From Hormiphora californensis (Eukaryota; Animalia; Ctenophora), in the NCBI GenBank assembly GCA_020137815.1, contig CM035358.1:1922001-1986000 (forward strand): 64,000 nt of DNA, in the 5' to 3' direction. The notes beneath the pieces are model-generated. The model saw only the letters and a list, made by a program, of their open reading frames with translations. It was not told the origin of the DNA and ran no database searches. Shown here one piece after another: positions 52,171-64,000 of this stretch; position 1 is the first letter of the stretch; each line of letters starts with the position of its first letter. A program made the position numbers and the translations under genes.

Positions 52171-55100
52171 CTACAGCACTAGCAGATTACCACCACTTCC
52201 ATTTCCCTCCAACCTCCTCTTCCTTCCACTCTCCTTCATCACCGACTTGATAAACTTGCTGTACGCCACCTGCCACCCAGCCTTATCCAATGCACTCTCA
52301 AGATACACATAGGCAGCAAACTCGTGCAGTGGTTCCCCACTCTCGTCATAGTGGAGCATCCAGTAACAAGGGAAACACCAGAACGCGGGAGAGGATGGGG
52401 CTTCTTCGTCATTAAATGTGATCCACCTGGAGTATTCCCCACAACAAACACAGGGCGTCCTCCTTCCTGAACCCCGGTGGATCTGCCGGGGGTAGTTTGA
52501 GATTCTGGGATCGTCCCCCGGATGGAAGAGTCGGACGTGTTCAATAATGATCAGATGCTCACACGACCCCTGGTGCATGAACAGATACGGCTGGCCGATT
52601 CGGATCTCTAAATCTATCCATTTTGTCTCCTTCAGAGTTTTAGTTTGGGTGATAACCGTTTGGCTACGTGTTAGAGTGTCCTTATAACTTTCAAGAAAGT
52701 CCTTTATCACTGTTGAGTAGTCGGTGTGGTTGGCGTTCCGAGTGTCTATGTAGATGGTATCACCTCCTAGGTACAGGGCACACGAGTCCCGGCAAGTTTT
52801 CTGCCAGTCTACTCCCTCCAAAAACGGATTCTCACTGAGAAAAACGTGAGCTGTTTAGTTAGGTTAGGGTGATAATACGGGGAGAAAGACATGCATGGGA
52901 ATACCTCGAATTGCCACCTTTTACCACTATTTGCTACACAAACAATCCTTGGTTCAGCTTTACCTGATTTCCTGCCATGTTACGTCCAGATCCATTGGAC
53001 AATCAATACAGTCAACAAAGTCTGCCAATGTTGATGATGCAAGGCAAACCACAACTTTTGATTTTATCATTTTCTCCTCCTTTAGAATTGAAACATGAAG
53101 TGCTATCTCGGGTGTCTGTACAATGTCCTTAGCTGATAACTGAAAATGAAATGTGAGGTAAGTTATCATATCACAAGATTCTTTCCACGCCTGTATATAA
53201 TTGCCTTGTTCGACCCTCCCTCCAAAACAAGTATATAACAGCTGAGTAGCAGCAGAAAGTTTGGAATATATTAATACCTGTTCATTTTCAGACAGAGTGA
53301 AATCCTCTTTTTCTCGTGGATGATAGTAATTGATACCAAGCTGTCTTTTCAATGGGTGTGTCTTGTTAGCTTGGACCTCCTAAAAGAAAGAGCAATCAGA
53401 AAAAGAGCTCCCATTAGAGAACATCGCGACCTCGCAACTTTGATGTAAGGTCACATACTGCGGCTAAACAAAACAGTTGTACAATGAATCAGTTGACCGA
53501 TTAAATATTATTAATTGGCGTTAATTCTACTACAAGTTTACCTTATAATACCGATAAGCATGAAGATCTTTGGGTATCATCCTATCGTTCTTTTCCTCAT
53601 AATGAAAACCATTACAAGGTGGTAACACATCACCTATAAAAAGACGGATTTAAATTCCGGTTTGTCTTCCAATTAATTAATTAAGCAATTAACTAATTAA
53701 ATAGTAAGAAACCCAGGGGATAGCTTAGACACCTACCATGAAGGTTGTCTGGATTTAGTAGCTCGTCATAAATCTCAGCTTCTTCCAAAGAAATCCCTGA
53801 AAAATAGTCAATAGTACAACTCATCTGAATCACTGCGCTGGCAAGCGCAAAGGTGACCATTCCCTCCCCCCAGCCGCGCGTGCCAGAATGCAGTAATAAC
53901 TTTTTTCAGTTTTTAGCCAAAAATGGCATTTTGCGACGCCCATAGCGAGGCCCCCACTCCACCAATCAGTCTGAAATTTGGTATACAGTGTCACATAGTC
54001 TAGATCTACTGTAGTTTAAAAGGGCAAGTCTCTATCTCTTTTAGTTTTAGAGGTATGGCATCGTGAAAAAAGCAATAAGTGTCCCGGGTCTATCTATGTA
54101 TCTATCTATGTATCTATCTATCTATCTATGTATGGATAGACGCTATTTTACCAAATTTATAATCGTTTTTGAGAGAAAACGACATAAGATAGACACTTCT
54201 CGTTTGTTGCATTCGAAAGATAATCGTTTAAATTGTGTAGACGAATAGTTTTCATGTTCTAGGTCCAATCAGAACGTCTTGACAAACTGTCATAAAGATA
54301 AGACATTTTTCAAACCAACCAAATTTCTTTGAGCTCAATTTACACATTGAAGACGATTTCTGATTGAAAAACGGAGACCACACTTATGAAAGATAATCGT
54401 CTAAACTTTCAGAAACTATATTGCGAATTCGTAAAACTCTATTTCTAAGGGTCTCAAATCGCGTCTGAAGTGTTAAGACTGTATGAAAATAGATATGACG
54501 ATAGTGCGTTTTTCGCCATAGCGACCTCAAATCTTGTCCAATCGATCTCAAACTTGGTCAGCCTCTTTATCTAAATGAGCCTGATAATAATACTTCCCTA
54601 TCATGACGTTATGACGTCAAAATTAAAATTTTCGTATTTTAGCGATTCCTGACGGTCTTTACACGTTCTGCTAAGTCCAGACATGTCTTACATTGTATTT
54701 CACATCAGAAAATACCAAAAATGTACCCCAATTATGCCAAAAACTAACAGAAATTAGTTGGCTGAAAAGGTGACCACTTTTGTTGTCAAATTGACACCTT
54801 TGCCCGGCCCGGGTTACGGATATCATCGATTGGGTAAATCAGGGGGTAAATCAGGGAGTTTGAGAAGAGAGATAGAGAGAGATAGGGAGGAAGAGAAAGA
54901 GAAAGAGAGAGAGAGATAGAGACAGAGAGAGAGAGAAAGATAGAGATAGAAATTAGAGAGGGAAAGATAATGATGAAACCCGGAGAGGGCAAAGGTGTCA
55001 ATTTGACAACAAAAGTGGTCACCTTTTCAGCCAACTAATTTCTGTTAGTTTTTGGCATAATTACTGAATACTAACTAAGCCGTTGTCATGGTAACTAAGT

Positions 55101-55339
55101 AACTCGTTGCCATAGTAACTAACTAACTCACCCGTTACCATGGTTACTAACTAAGCCGTTGTCATGGTAACTAACTCACCCGTTGCCATGGCTGCTGCCT
55201 GAGAGACCTCATCCGTATCCAGTAGAATACCGTTAGCAGGGAATGTCGTCTCGGTGTACTCTCGTACACACTGTTCCTTCCATTCTTTCAGGTTAACTGG
55301 CACGCCCAGGTTGGACAGCTCACCATCTCTTCGAACCAT
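52171..55339 (-). CDS. SNAPC3: snRNA-activating protein complex subunit 3 (SNAP50), ~6 exons
   Basis: The last exon encodes DLEIRIGQPYLFMHQGSCEH...CVCC...WITFND...PAFWCFPCYWMLHYD (SNAP50 C-terminal zinc finger). An upstream exon has TLADFVDCIDC. Putative first exon ~55180-55339. Confidence 0.9.
53828..55062. mobile_element. ~1.23-kb Helentron/DINE-like non-autonomous element (copy 1, SNAPC3 intron)
   Basis: Short hairpin TGCGCTGGCAAGCGCA at one end; ~75-bp inverted repeat (54731-54805/54987-55062) around a GA microsatellite at the other; shared AAAGGTGACCA subterminal motif. Confidence 0.6.
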
Positions 55340-55517
55340 AATCTGCTAGATTTATTGAACGGGTCTGATTAGCAAATTAAACATGGATTTTGTTTAAAAA
55401 CGATAAGTTTTGTTTATGGTTAAGAAATTAACAAATTACAATCACATTTCCTGAAATAAACTGAACCCGTAACAACAAAATAAAACAACAACAAAAATAT
55501 AATATCTGCCTGATTAT

Positions 55518-57510
<1,993 letters not shown>

Positions 57511-57827
57511 TTTGTTACTTTTTATCATTTTGAGTAGGAAAAAGAGACATTTAGAGTTTTATAAACAAAACATTAACATAAGACATAAGTCATAACAAAG
57601 ATATAGAAAATATCCATCATAAATTTATCATTTACAAAACGCAACGGTCAACGATTTATTAAAACTTTGTTTTTTTATTGAATAGTGAATGATAATTTTG
57701 AACAGGATGCTGTTTAAACTGTAAACATAATGTATGTGAGCATAATAACGGTTTTGTGATTGTGAAAAACTTTACATTATTAATCTAGATAAACTGATGA
57801 AAACACAGTTATACAAATTGATACTAC

Positions 57828-60800
57828 TCAAGATCCCAAAGTTTGAGTTGTTTCAGTCTTTTTATGCCCTCCATTATCGCATTTTGTTCGGCCCCTTTTT
57901 TACTCGAAGAGATGCCACCCTTGACTCTTTCTGAGCCATTATTGAATACCACCTCGGCAGCACTGAAATAGGAAACATGGTTAGGATAGTATGACAATGA
58001 ATAAAAGCTGATAGTATGCTTTGAACACCCCTTTTATTTCAGTTTCCCAGCAGTATTATATGCCTAGAAATATAGTGACTCCCTTGTTTCTCTCGCCTGT
58101 CTCACATTCTACTTACAATCTCATTGAGGGATATGTCTGCATGGTTATGTGGGTAAAGACTGGGGTCGCATACTGCCGTGACACATGCCAGTCAACAAAA
58201 TCACGTGATCTAGTTTCTTCCGAAATACCGCTATTGTTCCTGAAAGATTAATCAGTCTCAATATATCGCGATCGTCAATATTATTAACTTGGGCCATTCA
58301 TCATTATAACTCACAACTTAAATTACGGATGAGAAATAGTTCTTCAGCTGAGCTGGGGACTATACAATACAAAGTAATGTTTTTTAGTTCATTTTCATAC
58401 TCCCCCACGCGGGCTTAAGCAAGGTATAGAAACAATCATTCCTTACTCTTGAAGGGCGTTGTAAGCGTTCCCCGCAGCATTCATTTCGGCACCCTTTAGT
58501 GTGGGTTTAACCTCCGATGTAAATGTTTTACGGGCCCCATCGTATAGTTTTAGCGTCACTGTCGCCTGGAATCTGAATTTAAAGGGTCTCAAGCAAGGAT
58601 AGTCCGACCCTGATTTACCGGGATGGTCGGTGGGAAAGGTTTTCCCGGTAAATCGGGTTCCCTGATAAATCGGGGTTTAATAATTATTTTTCTGTTATTT
58701 TCTTACCCGCCCTGTACGTTTTGGCTGCTGTACACAGGCACAGGAAGTCTGTTCTTTTGAAGTAGCTCCTGTAACTTATTTTTGTAGTTGCTAACACTAG
58801 CTTGTGGGTGGTGCCCGGTAGTTTGTGCACCAGTGCCGGTAAAGCGCCTGAAATTAACAAGTACAAGATTAATTAGGGACCAATAAGTTCGGTAAAAAAG
58901 CCGTTATAACAAGTTTTCACATATATTTTACATACCCAGGAGCGGGTGAGCCTACAAGATTGTATGCACGGAGAGCGGCATCGAACTGTGCTGCCTTCTT
59001 ATTATCAAACTCCTCTGACCTTTCTGTTATGGTCGTACCGTCCCCACGCACTATACTCACAGTTGAAACAAATCTGACGAAACACATGTGGTAAATACCT
59101 AATTTTCTAAGATCACAATTCAAGACAGAAAATGCAGTTCATACGTCATAGAAAATGGGATAATAATATCTTGTCGTTGGTTACCTGTGCCTGTATTGAC
59201 TGCCAACATCAATATCCTCATATCTGGGTATTTGACCACCTGATTTCTGCATCAGTTCCTGCAGCTTTGCCTTCCAGTTAATGCCACTACTACTTGGTGA
59301 TGCTGCCCCCAGGTGAGGGGCTGCTGGGGATGAGGATCGAGATGAGGATGAACTTCCAGGAGAGTATGATATAGTGTTCTTTCTGAGGGGGGGGGGGCTT
59401 AGTTAGTAGAGAGTTGTAGTATGATGTAGTGTTCTTCCTGTGGGGGGGGGGGGGCTTAGTTAGTAGAGAGTAGTAGTATGATGTAGTGTTCTTCCTGTGT
59501 GTGTGGGAAGAGTTACTAGCTTCTCAGTACTTTTAAGAGTGGGGTCTAGTGTTACCCTATTGAGTATAAGGGGATCTGATCTGGGTTCATATAATATCCC
59601 AGCTGATATGTACACAATTAATTAATTAACATACCTCAGAATATTAAGGTGAAAGCACGCGTGGTAGGCAGCATTTTGTTTCGCCTCCTTCTTACTACTG
59701 TACCGGGTATCAGACTTGAACTCCTGGACCTGGCCATGTAGCTCAAACCGGACCTTGCTGGTAAAACTGATGGAGGAATGAGGTTGAATCATGGTGATGA
59801 CGGAGAGATGAGGTTGAATCATGGTGATGACGGAGAGATGAGTTGTTATGTTCTACTTCTAACCCTAGGGGTCGAACAAGGCAAGGGATGAGGTTGAATA
59901 AAGGTTTAATTGTTTTCTAGTGTCTGTCTAAAGATGCAGCGATAACAGTTTGCCACGTTTTCTTGTTTTCCATACAATTTGTTTCACAGCTACAGTCGGA
60001 CCCCGATTTAACGGATAAACTTCCCCATGAACATCCCGGTAAATCGAGGTCCGACAGTATCTCTATCCCAGTCCTCTACCTACCATATCTGTCCCAGAGC
60101 ACGGTAGTACTTCGTCTCCTCGTATATCAGGGTGGGAAACGCCCCGTACAACTGAAGGTGTTCCTGCAGCTTTCCAACACTGTTGTGCTGTTTAAACTCT
60201 AGGTGGGGGAAATGGGGTAAACGAGGGGTTATGAAGCAAACTTGGGTAAAAGATTGGTAGAATAGTTTACACATAACATGATCCCTCGATGAACCCTTCT
60301 CCAGCTAAATGACCCTTCTTTACCCGGGACATTGGGACAGTAAAACGTGGTGGGGATTGGGGAGGAGGGAAGTGAAATAAAACTGGAACATCAGGAAGGT
60401 GTAAAATTCATGCTGTTCCCACTAAATATTAGCTGGGGAGGGAATGGAGACTGGGTGAGGTGTGAATTTGAGCGATCATGCATTCATTTTACATGCGAAT
60501 TACAAACACAAACAAACTCTTTCAGGGCCTAGGCCCACCAACTATGTCAACAGTTGAATCACGTACATGGTACACGATATTATATCAGGGAGTTTGTGGT
60601 TATATGTTCTAACTGGGGGGGGGGGGGGGGGGCTTGAAGGTAAGATATCTCGAGGGTCGAGCAAGGCGGAGGAATTAAAAAAAGTTCAACCTGTTGTCTC
60701 GGGTTCCCATTCCTCCTCCTCCTCCCCAGCCCCAGACTGAGAGGCCCCACCACCACCACCAGAGTATCCAGGCCTTTCGTCCGTTATCTTGCTAATCTCC

Positions 60801-60830
60801 TCTCCTTGATCAGATCTCAACTATAAGATA
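57828..60830 (-). CDS. Multi-dsRBD (DSRM) double-stranded-RNA-binding protein, about four dsRBDs; 5' end uncertain
   Basis: Exons encode NSVGKLQEHLQ...SSKKEAKQNAA, NWKAKLQELMQK...NKKAAQFDAA, NYKNKLQELLQKNRLPVPVY...TLKGAEMNAA and ...SSKKGAEQNA. TGA at 57828-57830. Confidence 0.8.
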
Positions 60831-60965
60831 GAGGGATCTATAAAACATTAGAGAGGGTTACACATGGTCACATGAGAGACAGGGTTACCTCTCAACCCCC
60901 TGTCTGAGAGAGCTAGAGAGGTTACACATGAGAGAGCGACTCTCTCTCCGCTTTTGAGGTTTAAT

Positions 60966-62212
60966 AATCACTGCGCTGGCAAGCGCAAAGGTGACCATCC
61001 CCTCCCCCCAGCCGCGCGTGCCAGAGTGCAGTAATAACTTTTTTCAGTTTTTAGCCGAAAATGGCATTTTGCGACGCCCATAGCGAGGCCCCCACTGCAC
61101 CGATCGGTCTGAAATTTGGTATACAGTGTCACATAGTCTAGATCTACTGTAGTTTAAAAGGGCAAGTCTCTATCTCTTTTAGTTTTAGAGATATGGCATC
61201 GTGAAAAAAGCAATAAATGTCCCGGGTCTATCTATCTATCTATCTATGTAGGGATAGACGCTGTTTTTACCAAATTTATAATCATTTTTGAGAGAAAACG
61301 ACATAAGATAGACACTTTTCGTTTGTTGCATTCGAAAGATAATCGTTCAAATTGTGTAGACGAATAGTTTTCATGTTTTAGGTCCAACCAGAACGTCTTA
61401 ACAAACTGTCATAAAGAAACGAGTTTTTTCAAATCAACCAAATTTCTTTGAGCTCAATTTACACCCTGAAGACGGCTTCTGATTGAAAAACGGAGACCAC
61501 ACTTACGAAAGATAATCGTCTAAACTTTCAGAAACTATATCGCGAATTTGTGAAACTCTAGTTCTAAGGGTCTTAAATCGCGTCTGAAGTGTTAAGACTG
61601 TATGAAAATAGATATGACGATAGTACGTTTTTCGCCATAGCGACCTCAAATCTTATCCAATTCATCTCAAACTTGGTCAGCATCTTTATCTAGATGAGTC
61701 TGATAATAATGCATCCCTATCATGACGTTATTACGTCGTGACGTCACGCTATGACGTCATAATGACGTCAAAATTGAAATTTTCATATTTTAGCGATTCC
61801 TGGCGGTCTTTACACGTCCAGACATGTCTTACATCGTATTTCACATCAGAAAATACCAAAAATATACCCCAATTATGCCAAAAACTAACAGAAATTAGTT
61901 GGCTGGAAAGGTGACCATTTTGTTGTCAAACTGACACCTTTGCCCGGCCCGGGTTACGGATATCATCGATGGGGTAAATCAGGGGGTAAATCAGGGAGTT
62001 TGAGAAGAGAGAAAGAGAGAGATAAGGAGAAAGAGAGAGTGAGAGAGAGAGAGAAAGAGAGAGAGAAAGTGAAAGAGAGACGTAGAGAGAGAGAGAGAGA
62101 GAAATCAGAGAGGGAAAGATAATGATGAAACCCGGAGAGGGCAAAGGTGTCAGTTTGACAACAAAATGGTCACCTTTCCAGCCAACTAATTTCTGTTAGT
62201 TTTTGGCATAAT
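60966..62212. mobile_element. Same Helentron/DINE-like element (copy 2), abutting the LINE tail
   Basis: Colinear high similarity to 53828-55062. Confidence 0.7.
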
Positions 62213-64000
62213 AATAATAATAATATTCCGTGCTTATATACCGCCCATACCCGACGGAAACATGTCAAAATATTGGCGATGTTCCGACGAGTCATTAGAG
62301 CGGTATATCCTAGAGTATAAATATCGCACACGAACAATTCTGGTTGAAAAAAGACAATATATGGAAAAACCTAATTAACTGGACTTATCAAACTGGGGGA
62401 ATAACTGGTCCCATGAACCTGTAGATATAATCTTAAACACGCTATACTCACACCTGCTCGAAAAAAAGGATACTAGGTAGTGATTTAATAACATGACTCG
62501 AGAGAGGATGACACTGATTGCCCGTAGGCCCCACAACTACAACAAACATTACAACTCAGCCATGGGTTCCCCATCACCCACTCCAAATGCACCAACGAAG
62601 AGATGTGTTTTCAGACGAGCCTTGAAGGTATCAACGTTGGGGATTGACCTAAGCTCCAGGGGTAGCTCATTCCAAATAGTAGGCAGAAATACTGATATTC
62701 TCCTACGTCTCAATTTAGAGTTGGCGTTGATACTGGTCATCTTGGGGTGTTTTAATCTGTAAGGATCAATAACATTTGTCATCCTTGTTGTCCTGGAGAC
62801 TCCCCAGCTTTCATCAAGAGGTACCATTTCCTGGAGGTAACCTGGTGCTGTTCCATGGACTATCTTATATGCGATTAGACAAGCTTTGAAGTCCAGTCGG
62901 TAGGAGATGGGTAAAATATGACACTGCCTGAAGTATTCCGAGTAATCATCTTGATGCCCATGGATGTTGAATATAAAGCGTACACAGGAGTTAAGCGTTT
63001 TCTGGAGCCCACCAAGAACACGGGCAGGAAGTCCACAGTACAGAATATTACTGTAATCGATCCTCGATATAATCAATTGCTTCACCAACATTATCTTCGT
63101 TTGGATATCAAAACATCTGTGTAGCTGCCAGAGATTCCGCAGTATCAGACCACACTGTTTCCTCACATTATTAACCTGTCGTTCAAGATTAAGATTGTGA
63201 TCCAAGAGTATCCCTAGGGTTTTCCCATCTGTTCCACTGCATTCGCTGGGGAATATTTCCGTTCCTCCAAAGTTGATAACTGGGTCGAAAGAGACTTTAC
63301 TTAAAGAACTGCGCTTTCCAAGCAGGATGAATTCTGTTTTTGCCTCATTACACTTCAACCACTGTCCCACCATCCACCTCTTCACCTCCGCTAGACACTC
63401 CTCAATATCCACCTTCGTCCTAGACCAGCCAGTAGAATCTGTAGGAACCAGACTCACATAGAGCTGGGAGTCGTCTGCATATAACTTTATCCGAAGTCCA
63501 TACGGTTCCACAATGTCTTGCACAGCTTCGATGTAAAGTAGAAACAAAATAGGACCAAGAAGGGACCCCTGGGGCACTCCACATAGTAATGCCAGGGTAT
63601 CCGAGAGACAATCACCAACCGAGACTCTAAAAGATCTGGAACTCAGGTAACTCTTAAACCATTGAAGAGGATCGCCATCCACTCCAAACCGATTCTGCAA
63701 CACCTCCAACAACTTCCGGTGATCCACTGTGTCAAACGCAGCGCTCATGTCCAAACAGATCAGAGCTACAACATTTCCTTTATCCATTTCACCTAGTACA
63801 TCATCAAACATGCTGGCTAACAGCGTTTCGCAGCTATGACCAGCACGATAACCGGATTGATGCTTGCCCAAAAGTGCATTGCGTTCAAGGTACTCATTCA
63901 GCTGTGTGAGCACCACCTTTTCTAAGACCTTAGAAAGGAATGGGATGTTTGATACAGGACGATAGTTGCTGAGAGTTTCCCTATCTCCGTACATATTCTT
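62213..64000 (-). mobile_element. CR1/L2-group LINE, RT-coding 3' half with 3' UTR and (TTA)n tail
   Basis: ORF 62549-63994 has NYRPVSNIPFLSKVLE, QSGYR, LDMSAAFDTVDH, GVPQGSLLGP and YADD. A terminal stem (ATATACCGC/GCGGTATAT, ~62238-62308) and (TAA)n at ~62210-62225 mark the 3' end. Confidence 0.93.

Overview
Intron-rich eukaryotic animal genomic DNA, most likely a ctenophore (inferred from MITE families and a secreted-domain type I recall from Pleurobrachia-like genomes; not verified). Positions 1-40756 (+) hold the 3' part of a giant multi-exon RNF213/mysterin-like gene, with AAA+ motifs and a C-terminal RZ finger but no visible RING. Positions ~14880-22050 are homopolymer-corrupted and include a second, garbled copy of ~10610-14880, probably an assembly artefact. 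The rest carries four tightly packed minus-strand genes: a multi-dsRBD protein, SLC35B4, SNAPC3 and kynurenine aminotransferase. One or two secreted-protein genes are nested antisense in a KYAT intron. Introns contain an RNase H LINE, a CR1/L2-group LINE, many MITE, foldback and Helitron-type elements, tRNA-derived heads and two hammerhead-like motifs. Tandem duplications repeatedly copy the splice sites themselves. Exon coordinates were read by eye and are approximate.
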